A DNA stretch of 53,457 nucleotides, filler included, from Sphacelaria rigidula (lineage: Eukaryota): assembly GCA_964200075.2 (NCBI GenBank). It is 4 parts of 4 records of this genome, joined end to end, with 100 filler letters (N's around TTAATTAATTAA, not from the genome) between each part and the next. Parts side by side here need not be neighbours in the genome. Positions count along the whole stretch, not along the records: positions 13,392 to 26,681 come from CAXNAA020002989.1; 3 more parts are not named here. One strand, written 5' to 3'. Below are positions 13,410 to 24,520 of this stretch, one piece after another. Under the pieces are notes generated by a model, which did not search any database, was not told the DNA's origin, and worked only from the letters and a program-made list of their open reading frames with translations. A program made the position numbers and the translations under genes. How positions within the stretch are numbered: position 1 is the first letter of the stretch; each line of letters opens with the position of its first letter.

Positions 13410-13782
13410 TGCGAGGCCATTAGTCTCATGACTATGGCATGCATGATCATGAGTACACACACCCCTCCCCCGCGGGTGGTGCACTCATACCGTTGTCTTT
13501 TGTACAGCAATTGCAGCGTTTCTCGTGTGGGAAAAACCACTTCAAGGCACACCCTGGGAAACAGATTACATTGCTAGGGATTATGCTGCGTACAGTATCG
13601 ACTATTGCGTCTACTGCAATAGGCAATAGAATCTATATTATACGCAGTACACTTTTCGACAATGCAACCTTTTCTCCAGGGCGTGCTTCAATTAAGCGCC
13701 AGGGAGCCGAATGGCCTCGTAGAGCAAGGGGGGGGTGTACTCATGATCATGCATGCCATAGTCATCAGACCATTGACCTCGC
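13410..13782. mobile_element. Inverted pair of a dispersed repeat (MITE-like) with a nested second MITE
   Basis: 13410-13468 (cgaggccattagtctcatgactatggcatgcatgatcatgagtacac) is inverted against 13728-13782. A related copy lies at about 34305-34375. Confidence 0.65.
13548..13685. mobile_element. CAC..CTGG-terminated palindromic MITE, copy 1
   Basis: Termini cacaccctgg..ccagggcgtg. Internal tgcgtac..atcgac.attgcgtcta..gcaatag.caatag is shared with 15320-15468. Confidence 0.6.
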
Positions 13783-14258
13783 ACGTAGAGCAAGGGGGGG
13801 CAGGAAGCCACGACGCTGTGACCGAAGAAAACAAACGCTAGGTAGCTGCGACACGACGCAGCACCCGAACGGCGTTCAGCATCCATCCTTCAAGCGCTAT
13901 GAAAAAAAACTCAGCGTATACAGACAAGCAACACAAACCTTGGCCTCCGTCCCATCAATTTGGAAGTCGATCATATTTGCCTTGAAATCCGTTTTTTCTT
14001 TTTTTCCGAACATGTGCAGCAGCGCACAAGGCGCCAACTGCAGAGAAAAAGCCAGTCAATGAACGACAAATCGGTCAAAGCGAAAAAAAAGCCATGATGC
14101 CGCCGGAGTGACCCTTCCCTTGAAGCCTGTCAATTTTTACGTGGAATTGGGTTTGATCGATAGTTCCCCGGCAGGCATCGAGAGGAAGTTCGTTGCTTGC
14201 GCTGCCCCAAAGGGTGCCCAAGAGAGTCCGGTGTGCGGCGCATGCGAGCTTCGCCTGT

Positions 14259-16350
14259 TTAGTGCAGACGCTTCTCCAGCTCCAGGAAAGTCTGCACATC
14301 AGTCTCCAAAATGTCAATCACCTTAACAAACACCCGGGGTCACAGCATGAAACGACAAGAGGAAGATGACGGCGCAGACACGCACGTTCCTGGGATTGTG
14401 CACCGTCTCCAAAATTCCGATGAGGTAACGACGCAAGCATTCCCTTCGCTTTTTTCTCCACTCGCCTTTTTCGAGGAGACATGAGCCCGCACGTCGAAAG
14501 GGCTCAAGGACCACCAACCCCCACGATAACATAAATATCCTGAAAAAGGTTATGATAAGGTTTTCTCGGGTCAAAACTGAGATAATGCGTAGGATATCAT
14601 CGCTCGGGACAAAAAAATAATAAAGAAGCAATACATCAGGGGCAAATAAATCTAGGAAAGGGTGACTAAGATTGTTCGGCCGGAAAGGTCCTGATCGTCT
14701 TGCACATGGATGACAGCCTACTACAATGAGTTGCTTCATTTTGCGGCATCGCCACTTCCAGACACAAGCCACGGGATACACGCTGCCTAACGGGTGGAGG
14801 CTAGTTTACCGGCGTTGGGCTACAAATGTCCATGGTTGACACATTTTTACAAGTATCCCTACCCCTGAAAACCCTAACCCCAACCCAAAGCATATCGAGA
14901 ACCCTCGATCAAGGACGGTACATACATTATCATTCCCTAGGCAAAGTGCGGCCTTGGTAGACCCCAAATCGGCGCGTGTGGCGCCGATTTCAACGAAATC
15001 GCGTTCTGCGCACGCGAGGGGCACACGGGACTGTCAGCCCTACTTGAATTCCGATTCTCGTTGTACAAACTCAAATCAAGTAATATCGATCATGGATATT
15101 TGTAGCCCAACGCCGGCCAACTCTGCTGAACGGGTGTCTCACCATACAAAGACATTGTAGTACGATCGTCCCCTTTGAGCGGACTTCGGCTTCTCTCACC
15201 CTGCACGTAATGATTTCGCTCGACCACCACCATGATTACCGCCAAAACAACGCAAGCGAAAAAAAGCGGCAACCTGGTTGGTTGCCTAGCCTACGCAGTG
15301 AATGACGACACACATCATGCACACTCTGGACGATAGGTCACACTGTCGAAAAGTGGACTGCGTACGTACAATATCGACCATTGCGTCTATCGCAATAGAC
15401 AATAGCTTACATACTGTACGCAAAACACTTTTTGACCATGTACTCTATTCGTCATTGTCCAGAGTGTGAAATCATATACCTCAGTCAAGGACTCTTAACC
15501 CTTAGGCAGCGAGAGAGATGAATTATCTATTGAATCGGCATCAATTTCACTTGAAACAAGTATGCATGATACAGATGGACTACCCCCCTTGCGGTCTAAG
15601 GGTCAAGTACTGGGTTTACGTAAGGCTCCATAATAATGGTGGGCGTTTTTTCATCGTGACCTCGCGAACGTTCTTACCTCAAGAGCACGGGCTCTATCTT
15701 CGACCCTCGCCGCCTTATTTACCGCTATGAAGTCATACGAAATGGCGTTGCTCAAAGCCATGGCGTCCTCCTTGAGTTTCTTATCCTCCGACGGGAATTT
15801 CTTGCGAACCTTGCCCATCATCCTATTAAAAAAAACGAAAAAAAACGGGATATATATATTGAAAAAAAAAAGCGTGTCGGGCCCGATATTTTGGAATTTT
15901 GAGAAGTCGCACGTCACCTGCCCAAGTTAGTCACAACGACTTGTAGATGCTCTGCAGAGCGGGACAGTGGCGTTGGGCTAGCTGCTGCTGTCGGCATGGG
16001 TCAGATCTCCACTTTTCAAAATACCACAAAATCGGGTATATCCCGCCCGACACACTCTTGGGACATTTTGTCGCCCCCTCTTTTCAGTGTTGGTTGGTCG
16101 GATTATTTGGTTTATTTGATAGTCGCACAAAGATTGATTCCCTGGGAATCCAACTGCGGCCACAAAATTGACGGACGCACCCACGGGTAAGTCAAAACGG
16201 GAAAGTTCACCAAAGCCAGCTTAAGATTGGAGGAAAACGAAAATATGCGGAGCAAAGATGTCGTTTTTCAAGCCAGTCTCAACGTGTACCAATGCGAAAT
16301 ATTTCCTGATTTGATTTGGATGCTCTTGCAGTGGATATCCAACAAGCTAT

Positions 16351-16402
<52 letters not shown>

Positions 16403-18380
16403 GGCTGGCATTTTACGACATATGTCGGGCTCAATCACGCAGAGATCCCCTTCGTCAACTGTCAGGACAACCGTTTGCGCAACAGCACCTGCTCACCGGG
16501 TGCGCAAATGGGGCGCTACACGGTATACCCCGTTAGTAAGGAAACACACGCCGTGGACATGGTTACACAATCAGAGCAGATGGTGGCAATATCACAGAAT
16601 GAAACAAGGAACAGACTAAAGGTCATGCGGCACAGGGCTGATGATAGTGACACATCTATACCGCGTAAACGAAAGGTCAATGGTCAGGAAAGGGTACACA
16701 ATCTGTTATTTTCTCTCAACTAGCGTATTATCGGCAGCGTCCATGCTCTTTTATTCTATTCTACCGCCATACGTTTCCGTTGGCAAAAAAGGGACGAATA
16801 TAGTCTGACTGTTGTTTCCACGTTTAAAACTCATTGCCACCGGAATCCCAAGTTAGGAACATGCAGAGGGTATGTATAATACCTTTTCTTGACCACATCC
16901 CTAACCGAATATTCAAGAGGACTACGTGGCATCATATCGTTCACATGGCTTGCGTTGACTATTCGACACTCAAAAAACGAGCACATGTCGCGCAGACTAT
17001 TCGGGTACTTCATACGGCGAGCAGCAGGAGGAGGGTCGTTGAATACGTATGTTGTCATGGACCCTTTCAGCAGCAACAGAGCATAGTAGCATGGAATTCG
17101 TATCCACCTGAATAAAATACACGAAGAAACGGAAGTCTTGAGGATTACTCGATCGAAACATCAATGGTCAAAGATCAACGCTCTAACGGCATGACTGGCT
17201 GGAAGTATATCGATTGATTGAGTGATTGCTCGCTTGACTGATTGTCGCACCTTAACTGATCCCCCAGGGATATATGCAGTCGTAGTCATTATCCACCATG
17301 ATATGCGTAGGTGGTCATCAAGCTTTCAACAAAACTTTTTCGATTGAAAGCGAGTTTTTGGGGGGTTTTGGGTTACCACGACTCATCACGGTTCTTGTTT
17401 GATCCCAAACTTTGAAAATCGAGAGAGATGATGAGCACCCGACACAGGTTTCGATAAAAGGAAAAAAAAATGTAATCGACTAGCAATTTTGAACGAGGCA
17501 GGGGTCACCGCTCTTCGCGGATCCTACGAGTGTACAGCCCCCGGTTCTCGCTCTTCGAAATTTTTCGCTCGACCGAACCGATCCGGATCGTTATCATGAA
17601 CAATTATTTGTGTTCAGTTTTTGTCTATTTTCGGTATTTATTGCGCTAAAGCCGAAAAATCGTGTTTTTAACCTGTATTTTTTCGACAACAAGAAATTGG
17701 GAAGTGTGTCCTGCGGACGACCTGCCGACTCTCAAACTCTCGAGTGAAGATGACAAATTGTCGTGGGAAAAGACCCGATTGAGTTAGTACGATACTTGAA
17801 GTTTGAGCTCTGTACCCGAACTAAAAACAAAAAGCGGAACTGAAACACCCGCTGGAGAAAAATGAAGAAAAATATATCCGAGAAGGTAGAACAGACAGAG
17901 TAGACTGAAAACGAAAGGAAGAGGACGGAAAGAAGAAAACAAAACAGGGACAGAGAGGAAAAAAAAACAAGGAATGGCCGGCTTCTGCACTACATACATG
18001 ACCTGAACCTACTATACGTTACGGATACTATGACAACAACAACAAAAAAGTCGTAGTAACCCCGCACCCCAAACTGTGTCCCACCCAACAGGCAGTTCAA
18101 CTCGAATAAAGCCAAGATACAAGCAACGTCCAAAAACAAAAATTACAAAAAACAGATGATCAGCTGAATCGTGTACTCACGCCAGACAATAACACAATAT
18201 CTGCCATTTCCGCCAAATTACTCACACTTTTCTGAAGTCAAGATCCAAAAATCTGGTCCTCTCCTTCAGGGGTTCCCAATCTTCGTCAGAGGAAAGCTTC
18301 CGGATTTCCTTCATGATATCCGCCGACGTCGTTTTAACCCTCCCGAACTCCTCCTTCCAATCCACCGGAAGCTCTTCCAC
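14259..18380 (-). CDS. PsbQ-like (photosystem II extrinsic/thylakoid lumen four-helix bundle) protein, 3' exons; N-terminal targeting exons not located
   Basis: Exons 18380-18226, 15822-15678 and 14321-14259 splice in phase (donors gtgagt, gtaaga) to VEELPVDWKEEFGRVKTTSADIMKEIRKLSSDEDWEPLKERTRFLDLDFRKVMMGKVRKKFPSEDKKLKEDAMALSNAISYDFIAVNKAARVEDRARALEVIDILETDVQTFLELEKRLH*. The spacing of W, R, P..KK and AAR resembles the PsbQ family, recognised by eye. Confidence 0.65.
15320..15468. mobile_element. CAC..CTGG-terminated palindromic MITE, copy 2
   Basis: Termini cacactctggac..gtccagagtgtg with an internal imperfect palindrome. Confidence 0.65.
15495..15606. mobile_element. TTAA/CCCTT-ended MITE (piggyBac-like)
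   Basis: ttaaCCCTTAGGCAGC..GCGGTCTAAGGGtcaa. The core is shared with 9301-9426. Confidence 0.55.
16352..16397. repeat. (CA)n microsatellite
   Basis: Perfect CA dinucleotide run. Confidence 0.95.
17330..17783 (+). repeat. Dispersed repeat with an inverted copy at about 24000-24520
   Basis: Shared blocks gaccgaaccg.tccggatcgtt...atgaacaatta and cctgccgactc.caaactctcgagtgaag. It separates two halves (17210-17310 and 17790-17990) of another repeat that is contiguous at 20170-20490. Confidence 0.7.
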
Positions 18381-18472
18381 CTCAACGTATGCAAGGGGTT
18401 CGGTGAAACAACAATGATTGCCATAATTTACCCGCATCTCACCGTGATACAGATTACCATACTATTAATAGG

Positions 18473-19334
18473 TAGGCGTTTGCTCTTCATGCGCTTTTTT
18501 TGTACACATACATGCGCAATTTCCCATTTTTTTCATGTTCGAAAGGTGAACATTATGAGCCCATTTATGCGTTTTTTGGTGAAATATGCTCGACTTATGC
18601 GCGTTTTTCGCGTCCGTTTTGAGGCGGTTCCTGGCGGGTTCCTGGCGGCACCGCCCATGGAACGTACCTTCCAGCAAGAAAACAAGACGGCACGTTGAAC
18701 ATTTCGAGATTTTACGATTGCTTGGAAGATAGGATCGCTCGTTTTTCCGCCGTTCACTGGCTTTGAAGGCCATAAAAAAGTTAAGTAGAAAAAAACGCGC
18801 TTTTTCTCTCGCCTTCTCTGCTCCTCGGCGGTCTCCTCTTTCTGCTCTGCCATAGTAGTGTAGTGCTCACTGCTGTACTGCCGGTGCGCTGTGCACTGTG
18901 CGCTGTACACTGCACAGTTGTCGATTAGACTGTTTGGTGTGTGATGTTGTGGCGGGAGCCGCTGTTTGATGTGAATTATGGCAAATTTTGTTACAATCAG
19001 TTTCACATAAGCATAAAGCAACTCATAAACACCACCATAAACCGTTATGAGACCCGCAACAACGTTCACTAAAAAAATTACGAGCACAAACGCCACGACT
19101 CCACGAACCACGCCATATGGAGCACCCGTGGGCAGCTACTATTAATAGCTGCTGGACATGGGGTGCATAATCCCGTTGGAGTACTCTATGCGCCAAGTTA
19201 TGCGTAAAACTTAGCTTTTATGCCTCTGTTGTGCTGAAATCTTCGAAAACATATGTTTAAAAAAAAACGCATATGCTTATGCGCAAAACCCGTTTAATGC
19301 TACATTATATGCGCGCATGAAGAGCAAAAGCCTA
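18473..19334. mobile_element. Non-autonomous hAT-type DNA transposon, about 860 bp
   Basis: TIRs TAGGCGTTTGCTCTTCATGCGC..GCGCATGAAGAGCAAAAGCCTA, flanked by an 8-bp near-duplication ttaatagg/ttactagg (7 of 8 match). Confidence 0.8.
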
Positions 19335-19394
19335 TTACTAGGATATTACTCATACACCTGTTACACGTATGTTGATATGTGCATGTGTCACCGC

Positions 19395-20066
19395 GCCCCG
19401 GTGGGCTAATTTAAAATGATACAATTCACATCATCAGGGTGGAAGGAAGGCAAGTTCGATTCATGCCATACCTGTATGTGGTTGGGTGCTTTCTTGAAAA
19501 GATATGATTTCCGTCGTTGGAAGCGTGCACATCCTGGACAATGGTAATACATGGTCAATAGATGCAATAGACCAAAAAATACTGGGTTAAGTATAGCCTA
19601 TTGCAACTATTGCCGATCTATGAGGTCAATAGGTGCAATAGACCAAAAATGTCCTGGGTCAAGTATAGGCCTATTGCAACTGTTGCCGGTCTAGAAGGTC
19701 AAAAGATGCAATAGGCCAAAAGTGTACTGGGTTAATTATATGCCTATTGCAACTAATGCCGGTTTATAAGCTCAATAGATGCAATAGACCAAAAGTGTAC
19801 TGGGTCAAGTATAGGCCTGATGCATCTATTGACCATGCATTGTCCAGGGTGAGGACACGTGAGGACCTGAGTAGCAAAAGCGTATGCTGAGTTTGTTTGA
19901 CGAGAGTCGGTGCGGCGCGGGTGTGCTGACGGTCATGATCCAATCCGCGAGACCAAAATGCGAGGCGTGTACCGAGGGAGACATGAATTGATCCCTTGAG
20001 ACCATTAGACCACGGACTCGTCCCGAGAAAGAGGAGGGACTGGAAGTGCGACGTGAAAAAAAAGAA
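19395..20066 (+). mobile_element. tRNA-derived SINE, diverged copy interrupted by a MITE
   Basis: Head gccccggtgg..gttcgattc. The body resumes at about 19860 (ccaatccgcgagaccaaaatgc..gaccacggactcgtcccgag) and ends in an A-rich tail. Homologous to 22703-23032 and 23397-23740. Confidence 0.7.
19528..19851. mobile_element. CAC..CTGGAC MITE, copy 3, with an internal tandem array of about 72 bp
   Basis: Termini cacatcctggacaatg..cattgtccagggtg. Units ggtcaatagatgcaatagaccaaaa..cctattgcaact start at 19553, 19624, 19697 and 19770. Confidence 0.75.
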
Positions 20067-20169
20067 GTGTGTGGCAGAAGTTGAAGTCAAAATTTGGTTT
20101 GATATTCGCTGATCCCCGAGATAGCGGCTATCTACGATCGGGTATGAGTGTGGTTTCTGCGTAGGACGT

Positions 20170-20490
20170 TTTCCACCGAGGCCATGAGGCAGAGGCCGGC
20201 CATTTCTAGATTATTTTCTGTTATTTCATGTCGTCTTCGTTTGGGTTCATTCCTTCCCTTTTCCTTCCCTTCCCTTTCCTCTCCATTTACTTTGTTTCTC
20301 TTAGTCTACTACATTTGTTTATTTAACCTTTTCTGGTGTCTTCTCTTTTCTTCAGCATGTGTTTCAGTTCTGTTTTGTCTCGGGGTACGTCTAATATGTG
20401 GATGATGATCACAGCCGGATCATGACTCCTGGGAGATCAGTGAGAGTGGATAATGACAATCAAACAGTCAATCGATCAATCAGTCAACCA
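20170..20490. repeat. Dispersed repeat family (retroposon-like), also at 17210-17310 plus 17790-17990 and about 52550-52640 in the opposite orientation
   Basis: Shared motifs gcaga.gccggccatt, ctgaaacac and tgattgtcgcac..actga.ccc. Confidence 0.55.
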
Positions 20491-21125
20491 TTTACTGAAG
20501 ACCGAGGATGGATTTGCATGTACGACAGAAGTGGTTGGCAAATGGTGGCAGAAGGTGATCAAATGGGAATGTGGGTCGAATGACTCGTGGGGATGGAGTG
20601 GAGTATGGCGGTGGTTGTGTAGGGGAGAAGGGAGCATGGTGGAATTGGTCGGGCGGTGGAGTTGGTGATAGGTGATATGACGGTGGTACAGTCGATGATG
20701 ATTGATGCTAGGATTGGCTGTGTTGTGGAGGCGGTGATGGATGATATGGTGGTGGTGCAGCTGAGGAATGATACAGACAGTTGTCTGGTGCTTGGGTCGG
20801 TGGTGGGTGATCGTAGGATGATGGAGATGATGTGTAGCAGGGAAGAGTTCGGTGTCGGGGGTAGCCTGCGGCGGAAGTTGATGTTGAGGGGTGTGATACT
20901 ATACTGTGTGAACAAAACCGGCATCGTCGAAAGCATTGTCCTCATAGACAATGTTATCAACGCTCTCGTCATGATGCTACTGGGCGGTATTGGTTTGCTT
21001 GGACGGTATGGGCGTGAGGTGCACGGCTATGGACGTGGTGTAATCGGTGTGGGTTGTGGGATGATGATTATATGTGGTTTGATTGGTGTTGGTCGTGGGG
21101 GGGGCGTCCTCATTTGTTGCTTGCC

Positions 21126-22396
21126 TTAGTCGTGTGACCATTGACCATTGGTGTTGGTGGGTTGAGCCCTGATCACCTGAAAGGCGGTGCTGAATGGGCC
21201 CGTGTTCGTTGGGTGGTGGATATAGTGCTGGCGAGGAGGGCACTTGGGGCAGTTGAAGGGACAACGAATCTGGTAGGTTCGTTGATTGGGTTGGTATGTC
21301 ATACCACGGTCCGCTTCGCACCAGTTCCACGGACTGTGTGATCGCCATTGCTGTTGTTGTCTCGGGGAATACCACCCCCCTCGACCACCGTGACCACCAC
21401 TGAAGTGTTGCTGCGGGCCATGATGAGAATGGAAATTGGATTGATGTGTGGAATTGGGGCGGAACTGGGATGGGTTGTGGTGTTTGTTTTGTTGTTGGGA
21501 ATTGTGGGGGTCGTCGCCCCCCCCCCCGTTCTGCCGTCTGGCTGGTGAACCATGATCCCCTCTACCATTAGTAGTGATAGCGGAAAGTGCGTGGTTTAAG
21601 GTTCTCTGTCCCCTTTGTCTAGACAACTGTGATTCAGCATAAGCGTTCTCTTGATAGTGGCGCATGTCCTCTGTGCTAATCTCTCGTTGTGCCGATAAAG
21701 CCCTACGCTCGTGCTCGTATTCTGACGAAAGGCATCGTCCGACGTGTCTGTTCGCCTCCGAGTCCGAGAGAACAACATCAAATTCTTCGCATTTCGTACG
21801 AATGAACTTAGCCCGCGTCAGAAAACCCATTGGCAATTCTCCGTCAGCCATCTGCAACGCCTGCCATTCATACTCCAGGTTGGCTTTTTCCGTGGCCGGT
21901 GGAGTCGGATAGTACTCAACCATATAATCCCGTGCTTGGCTTGGGTTTGCAGGCATATCGATTTGCCTTGCTAAGGGGGGTGCGTGATCGTATCGAGGAT
22001 GATCTTCGCGGCCCTTTTTTGAGCTTTATCGACAGCTACGTTACCGAAATGTGCTCTCGAATCATCTTTGTTTTACCGATGTACTCTGATGGGGTTGTTG
22101 GTTTTCAACGCGTCATAGCACTCTCCGTCTCTGAAATACGCACGCATCTGGATGTAGAGCACGTCAAATCTGTCCCTCATACTTGTGGATGTTGCAGCTT
22201 TTTCATCCCAAGGGGGTATGCTTTTATTGCTGCGAACACGGTGGGAATGGGGAGCGTGTAATGGGGCGGTCCGGAAATCAGGTACTGGAGGTGCTTGCCA
22301 TACTGTAGTAGCAGGCATCACTGGTGTGCTGTTGATGATCTGCTTTATCTTATTCGACTCTTCAGTTACTTGTCTTGGTTGTTCTGCCATATTCAT
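21126..22396 (-). mobile_element. Disrupted Ty1/copia-type gag (UBN2/Retrotran_gag_2-like)
   Basis: ORF 22396-22073 (..RFDVLYIQMRAYFRDGECYDAL..) and ORF 21956-21126 (EKANLEYEWQALQMADGELPMGFLTRAKFIRTKCEEFDVVLSDSE..LSSEYE) match the copia gag pattern. In-frame stops and a frameshift lie between them. No pol follows. Confidence 0.75.
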
Positions 22397-22702
22397 ACGA
22401 ATAGTCGGTTCCTGATGTTATGCCATACTGTCCTTACTCTGTACTTGATCACAAATCGATGTTTTCCTGAAGACAAATTTCTCTCCACCCTCTTTTTTAA
22501 ACACCCAGTCAAATTGTCAACCTTGCTCAACCCTGTTTCTCAAACCTGAAAACTCTCACACCTCTCACCCAAGCACTTTTCGACGCAACCTCTCCCCTTG
22601 CTCAAACTCTCTCCAATCTCTAACCCACCTGCCAAGGCGCCTTAGCAGTTGCATCTAAATTACCCGCAAAAATAAACTAGTATGAACACTTGACGGCTTA
22701 AC

Positions 22703-23032
22703 TTCTTTTATTTTTTTTGTCTGTCGCACTTCGAACTACTCCCCCTCCTCGGGACGAGTCCGTGGTCTAATAGTCTCAACGGATCCATCGACCCGTCTCT
22801 ACGGGTACACGCCTTGCATGTTGGTCTCGCGGATTGGATTATGACTATCAGCACTCCCGCACCGCGTCAACTCACGCCGAACAAACTCAGTCGACTACTA
22901 TGTTTACTCACGTTTGCACGCTTTCCACGGTGGAGGTCAGATATTACGAAGAAAAAAAAACAACGTATCGGGAATCGAACCCTCGTTCTCTCCACCCTAG
23001 AGGCGACAGTCGGACCATTACACCACCGGGGC
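22703..23032 (-). mobile_element. tRNA-derived SINE
   Basis: The minus strand reads gccccggTGGTGTAATGG..GGTTCGATTCCcg (Pol III A and B boxes), then a conserved body and an A-rich tail. Confidence 0.8.
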
Positions 23033-23396
23033 GCAGCGGCAACGCATCATCGCGTAAAACATGACTGGATCCCTACAACCAACTCAGCACACACGGGACT
23101 CACTCCTACGTGAGTGTTCCGAGAGAATACTTGGACAACACCAACACATGCACACATATAGGTACAGGTATAGAAGCGCATCAACGAATTACAAAGTCTG
23201 GCGCGTGCGGTGTGGCGAACTGATCTCCGAGTGCCGTTGCTTGCGGCCAGTTAGTTACTTCCGAACCTCTCCAATTTTGAGGCTACCACGTCACTTTTTT
23301 TTTGCCACGCTCTTCACGACTCGAGATATGATCGTAACTCTGGTGTACGTACTGCACAGGTTCTTCGGATTATGTTGCCGGTAAGTGCACCGCCGC

Positions 23397-23740
23397 GCCC
23401 CGGTGGTGTAATGGTCCAACTGTCGTCATCAGGGTGGAGAGAACGAGGGTTTGATTCCCGATGCGTTGGGCTTTTTCTTCATAATATTTGATTCCCGCCG
23501 TGGGAAGCGTTAGAACGTGAGTAAACAAAGTAGTTAACTTGGTTTGTTTGGCGTGAGTTGACGCGGCCCGGGAGTGCTGGCCCAATCCGCGAGAGCAAAA
23601 TGCAAGGCGTGTACCGGGGGAGAGATGGCTTGATCCCTTGAGATTATTATTATAGACCACGGACTCGTCCCGAGGAGGGGGAGGGGTTCAAAGTGCGACA
23701 AATAAAAACTCAATAAGACTAAATAAATAAATGAATGAAA
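23397..23740 (+). mobile_element. tRNA-derived SINE
   Basis: gccccggTGGTGTAATGG..GGTTTGATTCCcg, the same body as 22703-23032, and an (AAAT)n-like tail. Confidence 0.8.
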
Positions 23741-23756
23741 GTGCAGCAGCTTACTA

Positions 23757-23964
23757 CTTCCTCTGTCCCATAAGTCAAGGTCAAATTTCCCACTTTTTGA
23801 CCCACTAATTCTCAGTGAGTCCGAGTCGCTTTATTTTTTTTTCAATGAGGATTACCGTATCAACAGCTTTTCAGCAAACCTAGGTTTAGCATCGTAGGCA
23901 ACCCCATTGGTGATATATGATCTGCCCCCCATGAGGACCTTTACTTACTATGGGACAGAGGAAG
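23757..23964. mobile_element. Stowaway-like (Tc1/mariner) MITE
   Basis: ta|CTTCCTCTGTCCCATA..TATGGGACAGAGGAAG|ta: perfect 16-bp TIRs with a TA duplication. Confidence 0.85.
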
Positions 23965-23999
23965 TATGTCTGCAGTAGTCAGCGTTGGAAATGTTCTTC

Positions 24000-24520
24000 A
24001 CTCAATCGGGATTCCCTCGCAGGCGATTTGTTACCTTCACTCGAGAGTTTGTGAGTCGGCAGGCGTTGGAAAAAGAAGCAGGTCGTGCTCAGGATACACT
24101 TCCCACTTTTGCAATGTCGGAACGATACAGAGTAGAGCCCCGTTTATCTCGGGGGTGTTATTAACCGCATGTAACCCAAAAACACAGTTTTTCGACTGTA
24201 GCGCAGTGAATATCGAGAAAATAAATAAATTGAGGCCATTTAATTGTTCATAACAACGATCCGGACCGGTTCGGTCGCGCGAACAAAACCAAAGAGCGGG
24301 AACCGCGGGATGTACACTTGTAGGACCCCCAAAGACCGGTGAGCCCGTATCTCGTTCACAATTGGTCGTGAAAAATATTTTTTCCTCGGAACTCATGTCG
24401 GGTACCCATGTCTCTTGATTCCCAAGGTTGAAATGAAACACAAAGCATTATGAATTCTGGTAACCGAAAAACCTGAACATATCGTTTTCAGTCGAAAAGG
24501 CGAACTTAAAACTTTGACTA
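24000..24520 (-). repeat. Inverted copy of the 17330-17783 dispersed repeat
   Basis: The reverse complement matches the blocks noted for 17330-17783. Confidence 0.7.

Noticed and set aside
14865..14890. Telomere-like CCCTAA motifs (also about 9020 and 49640)
   Set aside because: Only one or two degenerate units, embedded in dispersed repeats, so not a telomere.
19553..19830. CRISPR-like array
   Set aside because: The units are head-to-tail copies without unique spacers, the context is eukaryotic and there are no cas genes.
22960..23032. tRNA gene with a possible CTA (amber) anticodon
   Set aside because: The acceptor stem does not pair, the sister copy differs at the anticodon region, and a shared body of about 260 bp follows. 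This is a SINE head.
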